Shown: positions 1 through 13,632, numbered from the whole stretch's first letter. The stretch: DNA of 63,663 bases, filler included, from Basidiobolus ranarum (GCA_040143965.1; 47 parts of 47 records of this genome joined end to end with filler, not necessarily neighbours in it); one strand, 5' to 3'. The notes: generated from the letters alone by a model not told the origin. A program made the numbers and translations.

Positions 1-1265
1 AACACTCCCACTCAACTAAATATTCATATATCTTAATCCTGACTTAAATCTTAATTCTTCAAATTTAGGCTTGGGTAATGGTTTGGTAAGGATGTCAGCA
101 ATCATGTCCTCAGTTGGACAGTACAGTAGTTGGATGTGCTTATTCTCAATAGCTTCCCTAACAAAGTGATGTTGAATATCAATGTGCTTACTTCTAGCAT
201 AAAATTTAGGATTTTTAGCTAAAGAAATACAACTTTGGTTATCCTTGAAAATTATGGTGAGTGAACTTTAAATAATGCTCAAGCCTTTGAACAGTTTCTT
301 TAACTACATAGCCTCCTTTGTTGTATGTGATACTGCCATGTATTCTGCTTCAGTTGTTGAAAGTGCTACGGTGGGTTGTTTCTTGCTAGTCCAAGATATG
401 GCTGCTTCACTATAGAGAAAGGTACATCCAGTGATAGATCTTCTGTCCTCAATATCACGTCCCCAATCTGCATCACTGAACCTAGTTAGATCCTTATTCT
501 CATAAGAATATGTGTATCTTAATCCCAGATCAATTGTCCACTTCAAATATCTGAAAGTCTGCTTAACTGCTGCATAATGCTCCGATCCTTGGTTTTGCAC
601 ATGTTGGCTGACTACTCTCACTGCAAAAGAGATATCTGGTTGGGTTCCAGTCATAGCATAAATCAAACTACCTACGATATATTGATAAGGGAACTCAGGG
701 CTTTTAAATGACATATTTTGAGCCATATTTGGCCAATTTTCATCATTTTGGATGGGATATTTGACTAGTTTCACACCTGGATCCATAGGAGGTGCCACTG
801 GCTTGCAATTCTCTATCCTGTAACGTCTGAGAATGTCTGAGATGTATTTAGATTGATTCAGAGTAATAGATTTACTCAATATATGTGTCTGCAGACCTAA
901 AAAATACATAAGTTCACCTAAATCAGTCATCTTGAATTGGACTGATAGATCTCTTTTGGTGTTCCCAAGAGCTTCATCATTATTAGTAGCTATAATCAAA
1001 TCATCTACATATAAGGCAAGTATCACCTTACTGTCCTTATATGTCTTAAAGTAGATCTCCAAATCCGCCGTACTCTTTGGAAATCAAATGATTCCAAGTA
1101 TGTAACTATCTCAGTGTACCAGGCCCTGGGTGATTGTTTAAGTCCATACAGTGCTTTTTGTAGCTTACACACATCCTCAGGGTGCTCAGGATCCACAAAA
1201 CCATCTGGTTGATCCATGAATATATCCTCTTCCAAGTCCCCATTCAAAAAAGCAGTTTTAACATC
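1..1265 (-). mobile_element. Ty1/copia pol fragment (RT + RNase H), disrupted, ending in a PPT and the start of the 3' LTR
   Basis: Motifs [51 protein letters not shown], with a frameshift and a stop. The minus strand ends GAGTGGGAG-TGTT. Confidence 0.95.
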
Positions 1266-1365
1266 NNNNNNNNNNNNNNNNNNNNNNNNNNNNNNNNNNN
1301 NNNNNNNNNTTAATTAATTAANNNNNNNNNNNNNNNNNNNNNNNNNNNNNNNNNNNNNNNNNNNN
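1266..1365. other. Artificial contig linker N44-TTAATTAATTAA-N44 (first of 46; recurs about every 1.35 kb up to 62314..62413)
   Basis: Identical 100-bp spacer with stop codons in all six frames. The segments between spacers shrink monotonically from 1265 to 1250 bp. Confidence 0.99.
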
Positions 1366-2630
1366 ATCCGATTGGATCTCCTAAGATGGGAAATTGGCAC
1401 TACAACTTCTGGTACCAATTTAGGCAATGAAACCACCTCAGGCTTGGTTGAGGACACTGCAGGTGAGAGATTTTCAATGTTTTTCTCACTGATCAGGATC
1501 TGGTGAGAAAAAGAAGAATTTTCATCAATTTTCGGTTGTTTTATTGATCCAGGATTGTTTTGATTGAACATTTTTCTACTTGAGCAAATTCCACATCCCT
1601 TGACTTGATTAGCCTCTTATTTTCAGTGTCATATAGCCTGTACTCTTTTGTTCCATCACCATATCCCAAAAAAAGATATTTCTGGCTTTTTTGGTCTAAT
1701 TTTTGTCTCTTCTGATTGGGAATCATTGCACATGGGGTACTTCCAAAAACTCTGAGATTAGCCACATCATGTTTACTTCCAAACCAAGCTTGAGAAGGAG
1801 TCATAGCCAATAGAGACCTAGAGGGACATCTATTTCCAATATATACTGTAGTTTCAACCAATTCAGCATAGAGCAGTTTTGGTAAATCTTGATCATAAAG
1901 CATTAATCTTGCCTTTTTCTTTATTGATCTATTTGCATGTTCTGCTACTCTATTCTGCTGTGGAGAATATGGCACTTTAGCCTGCTATTTTATCCCATGT
2001 GTTGAGCAGAAGTTAGAGAAGAGCTTGGAGGTATATTCCCCTCAATTATCAGTATGGATAATCTCAATCTTAAGGCCTGTTTAAGGCTCCACCATTGATT
2101 GGATTTCTTCGAGGTATCAAGGGCTTCCTCCTTACTGGCCAGAAAGTATACCCAAGTATACTTTGTCTTATCATCTGTAAAGGTCATAAAGTACCTTTTT
2201 CCACCTAAGGACTTTGTCTGCATTGGGCCACAGAGATCTGAGTGTATCAGGCCCAATTTGTGATCAATTTTGTTCCTTCCAGAGCCCACAAACGGCTGTC
2301 TATGTGCCTACCATATAGGCAACCTTCACATAGCTTCAAATCTGGTGGAATTACAAAATGTAGTCCCAATACCACCTTGGTTTTGATCAAATTTCTCATA
2401 TTTTCAGCTCCTATATGGCTTAATCTCCAATGCCAGATTTTCCAGTCTATCTCTTCAGCTGTGGCAGTATTGGCTTGTTGATATATTGGCCTAGTATAAT
2501 GAAGTTTATACAAGTTATTTTGCCCAGCTCCAGAATCTATGTAATTTCCTTTTTGATCCCTGAATGTACAGCCATTTTGATCAAAATTAAAGCTATATCC
2601 CTCAGATGTAGCTTTGCTCACTGATAACAA
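1366..2630 (-). mobile_element. Ty1/copia protease/GAG-pre-integrase/integrase fragment, degenerate
   Basis: WHWRLSH...CEGC zinc motif, IHSDLCGPM, PYSPQQNRVAE and FLGY...YRLYD, split across frames. Confidence 0.95.
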
Positions 2631-2730
2631 NNNNNNNNNNNNNNNNNNNNNNNNNNNNNNNNNNNNNNNNNNNNTTAATTAATTAANNNNNNNNNNNNNN
2701 NNNNNNNNNNNNNNNNNNNNNNNNNNNNNN

Positions 2731-3189
2731 ATACAGAGTGGCGCAATATTGCAGGGTATCCGCCAGATAGCTGGAAGAATGTTGATTCAGCAACATTAAT
2801 ACAATGGTGGGCTTTGATGGAGATATTGACACAAACTCATGTTGGGTATGGGCTAAACCTTGGGTATGAAGAACTCTATAAAAATATTCAGGAGAATATA
2901 TCAAAGAGACTAGGGATTTTGAAGGTGACAAATTAGCATTCAGGTGGTATTGTGTAAAATTTGAGTTATGTTTTCCACACATGTGTTGATCCATAGATCT
3001 CTTTGAGATTTTAGCCAATCATTTGCAACTATTTTGTAAGATCTTGAAATTTCACTCCTGAAAATGAAAAAATTGATTAAAATCAAATCTAACTTGATGA
3101 TTTTATGATGGTAAGTAAACAGTCAATCCCAAATGGATCAAAATTGTGACGGTTTTCCCACAATAACAATCCTCAAACTTCTGTTAGGG
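2731..3189. mobile_element. CACTA/EnSpm-like DNA transposon, terminus B (ends TGTTAGGG)
   Basis: The same subterminal sequence occurs at 12671.., 17712..18030, 43655..43874 and 52953..53215. The terminus is the inverse of CCCTAACA. Confidence 0.75.
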
Positions 3190-3372
3190 TTATCAGTACA
3201 GATAATCTTAATCTTTAAACCTGTTTCAGTCTCCACCATTACTTTAAACTTCTTGAAGGTATCAAAGGATTCATCCTTGCTGGCCAGAAAGTACACCCCA
3301 GTATACTTTGTCTTATCATCAATAAAGGTCATAAAATACCTTTTTCCACCTAAGGATTTTGTGTGCATTGAG
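3190..3372 (-). mobile_element. Copia integrase sliver between two DNA transposon termini
   Basis: GGKRYFMTFIDDKTKY...IKIICTDN. Confidence 0.9.
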
Positions 3373-3994
3373 CCCTAACAAAAATTAAATCAATTTGATC
3401 TGAATCAGATCCACCCTCCAAAAGAGCAAAATTGTCCAAGTACCATCACAATATTGGTGGTTTGCATTCTGCCAGGGATTTTGACGTTGTGATGGCAATT
3501 TCTTGATGGTATTCTGATGGTATTCATACATGTTAAATTAGGGATCCTCAAATCTGGCATGCGTTATTCAATATCCGGCAATTTTGCAAAATAAAATTCT
3601 CAAATGGCTAATTACTGGGTTTACTGCTGTAGGAATTTGAATTAATATGCATGCCTTTATTTAGATATTTTAGGCTTTGGATTCCAGCCATAATGAGAAT
3701 CAAAAAATACAAGAATCTTGTGTTTAGTCTCTACATATGCACATATTGGACTGATTAGACATAACTCAACAACATCAATATGCTTTACCAGCAAACTAAT
3801 GGTGGAAGTATTGCTAAACATTTGAAATTTTGAATAGCACTGACACTTGGCAAATAGCTGACTCTTGTTACCATTCACAATGAGAATAAACTCTTGGATT
3901 TTGGCAAATTTCCATAAAGAATTCAGCCAATATATCCCCAACTTGCAGTCAACAAATGTCCTGCCACAAGTAGATGTGTCATTGCTTGAATAGA
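3373..3994. mobile_element. CACTA/EnSpm-like transposon, terminus A (starts CCCTAACAAAAAT), including the probable transposase C-terminal segment (3657..3941, minus)
   Basis: Homologous to 9549..10106, 15555..16052, 35352..35560, 43875..44450, 52429..52852, 55473..55557 and 58362..58564. Confidence 0.75.
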
Positions 3995-4244
3995 NNNNNN
4001 NNNNNNNNNNNNNNNNNNNNNNNNNNNNNNNNNNNNNNTTAATTAATTAANNNNNNNNNNNNNNNNNNNNNNNNNNNNNNNNNNNNNNNNNNNNGGCATG
4101 TTTGTTATGATCTTAGCACGTCCAATAGTGCTTTTTCATTGTATACTATAAATAGGACATATTCAATTCAATAAAACTTAAGTGTCTAATTCACAAATCC
4201 AAATCTGGTCCAAAACACTTCCAAATCCCCTAAACACTTTTATC

Positions 4245-4990
4245 ATATTCTTGTTGGTAGTTAGGAGTGGATACTGACTAGCAGTATTATGGTATTAATC
4301 ACATTTCCAGATTCAGTATGCTTTTCTGCATTTCCACTTCATTCTGAGCAAGCTTTGTTTCAATGTTTTTTTTACTGTAATAACAGAAAATAATATACCT
4401 CTCCTTCAAATGCTTTTGAGCTTTGAAGAACGGTCTCACATAGCCTTGTAAAATATCTTCTTCATTGTTTTGCTTGGATCCAAATTTGTACAAGTTGTGA
4501 TCCAGGAGTTTGCCAAATCGTAATTTAAGGCCACAATTTCAGTTGTTGATTCTAGGACCTTTATTAGGCTCTGATACTCTTGTGGCAGCCTATTCAGGAG
4601 TGTCATTATATTATCCAATTCAATAGTGGTTGCTGCAATGCATTCTGTTTCACCAAATAAAACAGCAACTATTTTATATAGGTAATTTATCTCTTCTCCT
4701 GGCTTCAGCTTTAAGTTAAGGAATTTTCTTCCTACAAATATACTCTTGGTGGCTGAACATGTACTAAAGGTGTCTTCCAAGGCTCTCTATACCCTCTTGG
4801 CAGTTTTGGCTCTTAAAAATTGACTTAGCAAATTGTGTTCAACATTGTGACAAATTGCATGAATGGCACTTGGTTCTTTGTTAACCTGGAGTAAAACTTT
4901 GCTTTCAAATAGCTTGGCATTGTTTTCTTCTCCAACAATAGTATCCTGTAGTCCTTTTTTGTTGCAGCAGCATTTTCATTTTCAAATTGG
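4245..4990 (-). mobile_element. Copia gag N-terminal region, degenerate
   Basis: FLNLKLKPGE...LLNRLPQEYQSLI, resembling the Retrotran_gag_2/UBN2 domain. Homologous to 28200..28471. Confidence 0.7.
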
Positions 4991-5458
4991 CTAATTGAAT
5001 CCACCCAATTTTTTGAAAGAGGTAAAAGTTCCGGAAGTTTGATAAGTAAATGTCAAGGAGAGGCAATCTCAGGGTTTCTAACCAGTTTAAGTACTCAGGA
5101 AATATCTGAATGAAGTTTGGAATATATAAATAGCAAGCTGTACATGACTATATAGATGTTTAGGCTATGCTGATTTCAACAGTGATAGTGTTTTTTGCCT
5201 ATGCACCCCAAGTTACAGTTGAGGCTCAAGACTTTACTAGATTACTACTGTTAGCACCAAATTGTTGCCAAAAGCTCTATGATGAATTGGGAGAAGAGGA
5301 CTGACAGTCAAAAGCTCAGATAAAAAGTTCCAACCTCTTGCTTTATCAGTTAAATATANNNNNNNNNNNNNNNNNNNNNNNNNNNNNNNNNNNNNNNNNN
5401 NNTTAATTAATTAANNNNNNNNNNNNNNNNNNNNNNNNNNNNNNNNNNNNNNNNNNNN

Positions 5459-6070
5459 ATACAGATGTATTGAGCAAATCTATTACTCTGAATCAAGTTA
5501 AATCCATCTCAGACAGTCTCAGATGTTGCAGGAAGGAGAATTGAAGGCCAGTAGCGACTCCCTTGGAGCCAGGTGTAAACTAGTCAAAAAACCCATCAAA
5601 AATGATGAATATTGGCCAAATACGGCTCAAAATACATTGTATGAAAGCTATGAGTTCCCTTATCAATCTATGGTAGGTAGTTTGATTCATGCTATGACTG
5701 GAACCTGGCCAGATATTTCTTTTGCAGTTGGAGTAGTCAGCCAACATGTGCAAAACCCAGGATCTGAGCATTATGCAGCAGTTAAGCAGATTTTCAGATA
5801 TTTGAAGGTGACAATTGATCTGGGATTAAAACACACATATTCTTATGAGAATAAAGATCTAATTGGGTTAAGTGATGCAGATTGGGGTTGTTTTATGGAG
5901 GACAGAAGATCTATCACTGGATATACCTTTCTCTATAGTGAAGCAGCCATATCTTGGAATAGCAAGAAACAACCCACAGTAAGACTTTCAACAACTGAAG
6001 CAGAGTAGATGACAGCATCACATACAACAAAGGAGGGTATGTTGTTAAGGAAACTGTTCAAATACTTAGG
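5459..6070 (+). mobile_element. Copia RT/RNase H fragment (same family as 1..1265)
   Basis: YQSMVGSL, SDADW, LSTTEAE. Confidence 0.92.
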
Positions 6071-6074
6071 CGTT

Positions 6075-6722
6075 GTAGTGTGGAATGGGGGTGTGTTATT
6101 AATCTTTAAAATGAAAAGACTAATATTCCACTACAAATCTTCAGCTAAGCTGAATTTATATTTACTGTAAGCTTAAAGATATTGACAGAAGATATACCCT
6201 TCACTGAAAGAAACTACTAAAGACAACTTTAAAGTGCACCTTTAGACTAACGAGATGGATGGATGGATGGGAAAAGAGTGTTTTGAAAATAATCCTTATG
6301 ATAATCTTAGCTATCTTTGTGCTGTCTTTAAGTTGATGCTTTGAACTTAAAGAAGAAAAGAATCACTTCTTTGAGACTATATGGAAGGATTTTGACAAAA
6401 GAAATATATTCTCAGTGTGGAAAAAAAGAGTTCTAAGAGATTCAATATTGCAATACTTTAACAGTTTCAAAAACAATCATAAAGTTGCAATAAGAGTCTT
6501 TATTATCTTTCTGTTCTGACAAGAAGAATATGTTTGTGTTAAAGGAAAGGAAGAGTTAAAGGGGAAAGTGGAAGTGGAAAGTGTTGGGAAACTTGTTGGG
6601 AAGAAGTTCTCCTGAGCCAAAAAGGAAGATCAGGAATATATATGAAAGCTTAATCGCTTTCCAGCAAATAGACTATGTTAACTAGTTAAAGGTGGCTTAG
6701 AAAATAAAGAATCAGTGATAAA
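6075..6722 (+). repeat. LTR-like repeat starting TGTAGTGTG (related copies at about 27480..28192 minus and 57647..57900)
   Basis: Shared CCACTACAAATCT(T/C)CAGC...ACTG(T/G)AAGCTT block. It interrupts copia or CACTA sequence and begins with TG. Confidence 0.55.
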
Positions 6723-6934
6723 NNNNNNNNNNNNNNNNNNNNNNNNNNNNNNNNNNNNNNNNNNNNTTAATTAATTAANNNNNNNNNNNNNNNNNNNNNN
6801 NNNNNNNNNNNNNNNNNNNNNNCTACTATATAAGTCACCATATACTCTTAAGAATAAACTAACTAAAACACACTATCATAAGTTGCTTCTAATACTCAAA
6901 GTCTACCCCATTATGTCAAGATCCTCCAACACAA

Positions 6935-7765
6935 CTAAATAGCAATATTAACTAATCCTAAGGAAGGTCTAAATTTCTCAAATTTCTGTCTAGCTAATGG
7001 TTTAGTAAGTATATCAGCATACACATCTTCTGTAAAACAATAAGTAAAGTCAGTGAACTTATTCTCTATAGTCTCTCTAATGAAGTGATGTCTAATATCT
7101 ATATGTTTGCTTCTTTTATGAAACAAGGGATTTCTAGCTAATTTGATATAACTCTGCTTATGTTGAAATATTGTAGTAGGTGAATTTTGAGAATAATCAA
7201 AATCTGTTAAAAGCTTTCTTAGCCATATTGCTTCTTTTGTTGCTTCACAGGCAGCCATGTATTTGGCTTCTATTGTTCAAAGTGCTACAGCAGGTTATTT
7301 CTTTGAATTCTAAGAAATAGCTCCATTGCAGCAAAAAAATAAGTAATCTGTTGTGAATCTCCTTAGTATGGATTCCATGATAGTATCTCAGTTTGCCAAG
7401 ATCAGCCATTTTGAATTTGGCAGAAAAGCTGGATCTGGTTCTCTCCAGAGTCTTTGAGTCATTGGCTACTATAATAAGATCATCTACATATAAGTCTAAT
7501 AGAACTGGCTTTGTCTTATCAGGCCTGAAGTAAATATTATAGTCAGCATTACTGTTTTGGAATTTGAGTGTTTCAAAAAAGTATCCATCTTTCTATACCA
7601 AGCTCTTAGCAATTGTCTTAAGCCATAGAGTGTTTTCTGGAATGCCCAAACTTTTCTAGAGTTTTCTGGGTCCACAAATTCATATGCCAAGTTCATAGAG
7701 ATCTCCTTGGCAAGCTAACCATCCAAAAAAGAAGTTTCAACATCCTTTTGATGCATAATATTTTG
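6935..7765 (-). mobile_element. Copia RT/RNase H fragment with an internal deletion
   Basis: KTLYGLRQ, EAIWLRKLL, KHIDIRHHFIRE, ADILTKPL. Confidence 0.9.
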
Positions 7766-8378
7766 AAATTAGTATTGCCTAAGCACCTATGTCATGTATA
7801 TATTAGTACTTAGTTATTGTATATCTCACTAAGATATTACTAATTATTTTCAATTAGAATTTACTTAGAGTTGTTTTGCCAACTTAGTTCTCAGATATAT
7901 AGATTTTTCAAACTTGAGCTAGAAGCTCCAAACCGTGCACACATGGTTCCATGGAGAAATTAAGCTTTTTACCGGTATATCTGACTCTGGAAATGCAGAT
8001 CTTTGTAATGGTGTGAAGAATTTGGTAAGTGGGACAGTAGAGCCTAAACTCACTGGCTCCTTTGCTTTTCCCTTGGGTTTACTAANNNNNNNNNNNNNNN
8101 NNNNNNNNNNNNNNNNNNNNNNNNNNNNNTTAATTAATTAANNNNNNNNNNNNNNNNNNNNNNNNNNNNNNNNNNNNNNNNNNNNGGCGGGGCCCTCCCT
8201 GCGGGGCCCCCCGGGGAGGTGGCAAATCTAACCAGGAGCCAACCCCCCAACCCCCCTTATTTCCTCTCCCTACTGGCCTCTCCTGCAAATCCCCCCCTTC
8301 CTGGGGGTTGTGAAAACACATGTTTCATTTTTTTTAAGCCCATGTTTATGTATTTTGAGCCAGTATAAACCTTGTCAG

Positions 8379-8725
8379 TGTTGAAATTAGCATTGCCTAA
8401 ACACCTATATAGTCATATATAGCTTAGTACTTAGTTATCTTATATTTCACTCAGATATTACCCATTATTATTATGAGAAATTTACTTGGAATATTATTAT
8501 CAACTTTGAACTTCTCAGATATGTATATTTTTCAAACTAGTGCTAGAAGCCCCAAACATTGCACATATGTTCCTGGGACCTTCCTTAGCACATTTTACAT
8601 GTTAGTTTGCTTACATCTTGACAAAGTTATAATTATCAACTTTCTACTCAATAAATCATAAGTGAAAACCACCCATTTCTCTGATTCTCCAAACCACTTC
8701 AAACAGGCTCCCAAAAGCCTCAACA
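8379..8725 (+). repeat. Copia LTR family B (TGTTGAAATTAGC...AACA, about 345 bp)
   Basis: TG...CA ends. Copies at 11696..12043 (minus), 39823..40168, 42125..42303 (minus), 51375..51499 (minus), 60688..60963 and 62070..62165 (minus). It follows RNase H plus a purine tract at about 12044 and about 39815. Confidence 0.8.
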
Positions 8726-10106
8726 GTCAAGTGGTTCTGTTTTCTCATGCTTCCTGCTACTTGCCAATTTTGGTGCTTCTTAACAGTTGCTGAGCTCAGA
8801 CTAACACTTTGTGCTTATCAAATTCTTTACCCCTTGCCACCTATGTCTCATTCCTATGATAAAATGTTTCCAATTATTTCATATAAACTTGCTTGCTGAT
8901 GAGAGGATTCCCCAAAGCCATTTGCCTGATTTCCACCAAGTCTTAGCTTCAAGCATGCCTCCATAACTTATTGTTTTCTTTCCTGAAGGAAGTTTCTGCA
9001 GTTATAATGGCGGGGTACATATCATCACCAAAATTTAACAGTGCATTAATTTTGTCAAAATGTGCTTAATCACACTAGAATTATGCTTATATATTACTGG
9101 ATAGGATATGAAGTAGAAATATCTCAATAATGGAGGATGTTGAATCTCCAAATAGTAATAATCATAAAGCTATGATAAAGAAACTTCTATAACCTCTGTT
9201 TAGCCTATACCTGTTCAGAAAACCCTCCTAGTTCTAGGTAACTCTATTTATAGCATTGAAATGTTAAATAACTGGTCTACATTTGTATCTGCTCTAATCT
9301 GTGGTATAGGTGGTGAGATTTCCAGCAATATTATATGTAAAACAGATTATTGCCAAGGTTGGGTTTGAACTGGTTGACTTTTAGTTGGAACATGGATGGT
9401 TATACTTGTGTAGAAGTGCTATAGGAGTCATTGTCAGCAATTTCAATGNNNNNNNNNNNNNNNNNNNNNNNNNNNNNNNNNNNNNNNNNNNNTTAATTAA
9501 TTAANNNNNNNNNNNNNNNNNNNNNNNNNNNNNNNNNNNNNNNNNNNNCTGAATTCTTGACCAAAATATGCCAAAATCCAAGAGCTTATTCTCATTGTGA
9601 ATGGTAATAAGAGTCAGCTATTTGCCAAGTGTCAGTGTTTCTCAAAATTTTGGATGGTTAGCAATTTTTCCACTGTTAGTTTGCTGGTTAAGCATATTGA
9701 TGTTGCTGAGTTAGGTCTAATCAGTCAAGTATGTGCACATGTAGAGACTAAACATAACATCATTCTTGTGTTTTTTGATTCTCATTATGGCTGGAATAGA
9801 AAGCCTAAAATATTAAAAAAAAGGCATGCATATTAGTTTGAACTCCTACAGCAGTAAACCCAGTAATTTGCCATTCAAAAATTATTTTTTTCCAAAAATG
9901 GCCAGATTTTGAATAACACAGGCCAAATTTGAGGATCAATATTTTAACATGTATGAATACTGTCTAAATACCAGCAAGCAACCGCCATTACATCATCGAA
10001 ATCCCTGGCAGAATGCAAGCCACCAATATTGTGACAGTTCTCTGATAGTTTTGCTATTTTGGAGGGTGGATATGATCTGGATCAAAGCAATTTTATATTT
10101 GTTATG

Positions 10107-10775
10107 GAATATATGGCAAGCTCTATGGCTGTTCAAGAAGCTATAGGGCTAAGGAGTCTTCTCATGGAACTAGGATATGATCAACTTAATCCTACCCTAA
10201 TATATCAAGATAATAATAGTTGTATTCGGATCACCAAAAATCCTGAGCATCACTCAAGGATGAAACATATTGACATAAGCAATCACTTTATACAAGAGAA
10301 AGTTCAAGACAAAGAAGTGAAATTTATTTATCTTAATACTAAAAACATGCTTGCAGATATACTAATAAACCCACTCAAAACTTCAAGCTTTGAGAAGTTA
10401 AGAGCAGGAATAGGCATTAGTGAATATAAGCACAATGCTGAATAAGCATTTAGGGAAGGTGTCAGATAATAAATCATTATTCAACATCACAGTTAACTTT
10501 AGTTATGGTACATATATCAGAAATAGAAATCAATGTCTCTATAGCCCCTGTATTCTTAATAGGAATATCTCTATATCTATATAACAAGTGTGTCTTATTA
10601 CCCCCACTTATCTAATATATCTTGTTGCACAAACTCCTGAATATCTCAAACAATTAATTTACTATTCTACTATATAGGTACCATATACTCTTAAGAACAA
10701 AGTAACTAAAACACACTATTGTAAGTTGCTTATAATACCCAAAGTCTACCCTTGCAAAGTCAAGATCCTCCAACA
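10107..10775 (+). mobile_element. Copia RNase H end, PPT (AGGGAAGG) and 3' LTR of family A (10460..10775)
   Basis: KHIDISNHFIQEKV...MLADILINPL, then a purine tract, then TGTCAGATAAT...GATCCTCCAACA. Confidence 0.88.
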
Positions 10776-10910
10776 ATTTTCAAAAGTATGAAGGGAAAAA
10801 TGCAGTGCAANNNNNNNNNNNNNNNNNNNNNNNNNNNNNNNNNNNNNNNNNNNNTTAATTAATTAANNNNNNNNNNNNNNNNNNNNNNNNNNNNNNNNNN
10901 NNNNNNNNNN

Positions 10911-11695
10911 AAGAAATGATATTAAAGGCTATTTCTTCTTGATGAGCAGTGGACATGAGTGTCATAAAGGTTGTCTCATGTGTTACAGCACCTGATGATA
11001 GCAGCCTTCCATCAATTACTTTCATGAGGACTGGACTAGATTTCTTGATTGTTGTGATAGAGTAGGATTTTATAAAGGCAGAGTCAATAAAACAGAAGGA
11101 AGCACCAGAATCAAGAAGTGCAGTTGTTTTTATTGACTTGGAATTTGGTAGCAGGAGTGTAATGGGCAGCTTTAATGATTCATATGACTGCAGCAAGTGC
11201 GATGTATGGTGAAGATACATTTTTGAAGATGGTTTGCCCAACTGCATGCCCATTATTGCAGCTGGGCATTGCAGTTTTCCAAGGGTTGGGAAGAGTTCTC
11301 TTGTACTTGCATATTGTTGATCTTAAGTCCAAGATTCTTCTTTGGACAGATTCTTGCTACATATCCAGGAGCTCCACAATAGAGGCAAAGATTCTCTTGT
11401 TGGTGTTGATATTTTCCTCAGGGCTAAGCTTTCTGAAGCAAGTGCTATCAATTTGCATTGGGTCATCAGCTTGAGCTGTATTTTGTGTTTGATGGAAGGG
11501 GGGTCTGAAAGTAGATGATGAAGGAGAGAAGAAAGGAACCATATTTCTTTGTTGTTGTCTTGCAAACAACCAGTTGTCCCATTTAACTGCCTGGTGGATA
11601 GCATCAGACAAGGTCACTGGGTCAGCCATAGTGAGTAAAAGATCCTTAATATTTTCTCAGAGTCCATATTGGAATTGGCTGATCAGGGCAGATTC
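10911..11695 (-). mobile_element. Ty3/gypsy gag C-terminus and aspartic protease, degenerate
   Basis: PMQID gag motif, a decayed CCHC region, and ALLDSGAS...VIDGR protease. Confidence 0.88.
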
Positions 11696-12309
11696 TGTAA
11701 AAGTATTTGGGAGCCTGTTGGAAGTGGTTTGGAGAATTAAAGGAATTGGTGGTTTTCACTTGTTGATTTATTGAGTAGAAAGTTGACATTTGTAGTTTTG
11801 TCAAGATGTAAACAAACTAACATGTAGAATATATTAAGGAAGGTCCCAGGAACATGTGTGCAACATTTGGGGCTTCTAGCACAAGTCTGAAAAATCTATA
11901 TATCTCAGAACTTCTAAGTTGGTAAAAATATTCTAAATAAATTCCAATTGAGAATAATTGATAATATCTTGTTGAATTTTAAGATAACTAAGTACTAAGC
12001 TATATAGGACTATATAGGTGTTTAGGCAATGCTAATTTTAACACTCTCTCTCAACTAAACAGTCATATAAACTAATCCTAATAAAGGTCTAAATTTCTCA
12101 AATTTCTGTCTAGCTAATGGTTTGGTTAATATATCAGCAATCATGTCTTCTGTAGAACAATAAGTTAAGTCNNNNNNNNNNNNNNNNNNNNNNNNNNNNN
12201 NNNNNNNNNNNNNNNTTAATTAATTAANNNNNNNNNNNNNNNNNNNNNNNNNNNNNNNNNNNNNNNNNNNNTCTAAAGTTCCTCCAAACAGCCCATATTT
12301 TACCAATTG

Positions 12310-12670
12310 TTTCAACTGCTGCTCAAGAATTGGAAGTGGCTGGAGGAGTACATAGGAATGAGTTTCTGGAGTCTTCACTTGGGCACAAGTAGCACAGGAG
12401 GAGACATAAGTCTTGTCAAATGCAAACTTTTTGAGTCTGGAGATGTGGTCTGGAATGCAAAGGCACCTCTTATAAAAGAAGAGATCATTGATGATAGAGA
12501 AATGGTGGTACATATTCAAGCCTAAGAGGCCTTTGGGTGTATCCTGGGCTTTCTTGATTGATATTATCAATTGGTCTTCATATTGAAGTTCGCAAATGTC
12601 TTCATGGAATGTGATTTACTAGGCAGAGAAAGAGTAGTTGCACTAATTTAAAATTGGTGGGGCTTCTGTA
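12310..12670 (-). mobile_element. Ty3/gypsy integrase N-terminal fragment (same family as 23144..24400)
   Basis: YVSSCATCAQVK...LLQPLPI. Confidence 0.85.
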
Positions 12671-13532
12671 CCCTAACAGAAATTTGGGGATTGTTATTAT
12701 AGGAAAACCATCACAATTTTAATCCATTTGGGATTGACCATTTACTTACAGTCATAAAATTGTCAAGATAGATGTGATTTTAATCAATTTTTTCAGTTTT
12801 AAGAGTGAAATTTCAAGATCTCATAAATAGTTGCACATAATTGGCTACAATCTCAGAAAGCTATAGATCAACACATCTGCAAAAAACACAACTCAAATAT
12901 TACACATTTACCACCTGAATGCTTATTTGTACCCTTCAAAATTCCTAGTTTCTTTGATATTTATTTTCCTGAATTTTTTATAGATTTCTTCATACCCAAG
13001 ATTTAGCTCATTTCCAACATGAGTTTTATTAATACTTCCATTCAAGCCCACTATTGTATTAACATTGCTGAGTCAACATTCTTCCAGCTATCTGGCAGAT
13101 ATCATGCAATAGTGTGCCAATCCATATTAAGTTCTTCCTAGATATCTGCCCAGATAACACCAGACTGGATGTCAAGTTGATTGTTCTTCTTCTGAAGCCA
13201 CTTTCTGCATACTTGCATTGTGTTCTTCCCTTCATGCTTACAAAAATACTCCTCAAGCACTTTTACTAATTTCATACAACCTTGAAGTGTGACATTACTG
13301 AGGGTACTTTGTGGTGTTTTTGTGGCTTTTTGCTTGCTTTAAACTTTGGGGCTAATTTCAACACTTTGAAAAGTACCAGTTGAGGTTGGAGAGCCATGAG
13401 TTTTGTTTGCTGGTGTTTTGGCTTGTTGAGAGGTGCCAGGTGTTTGATAAGCTTCCAATTGAGCACTCTTCCCACTGGGGTATATGGTTCCATGGTGAAA
13501 TTGAGCTTTTTTGCCAGTATATCTGACCCTGG
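12671..13532. mobile_element. CACTA-like terminus B and inward sequence
   Basis: Starts CCCTAACAGAAATTTGGGG. Its inner end overlaps 57010.. and 44833.. sequence. Confidence 0.75.
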
Positions 13533-13632
13533 NNNNNNNNNNNNNNNNNNNNNNNNNNNNNNNNNNNNNNNNNNNNTTAATTAATTAANNNNNNNNNNNN
13601 NNNNNNNNNNNNNNNNNNNNNNNNNNNNNNNN

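Noticed and set aside
3657-3941. Novel multicopy small protein family (NGNKSQLFAKCQC...; also the CYESQ... ORFs)
   Set aside because: Overlaps place these as the C- and N-terminal pieces of the CACTA transposase region, variably broken in each copy.
2731-3994. A DNA transposon carrying a captured copia fragment
   Set aside because: The termini face outward from the copia sliver, so it is flanking target DNA between two insertions, not cargo.
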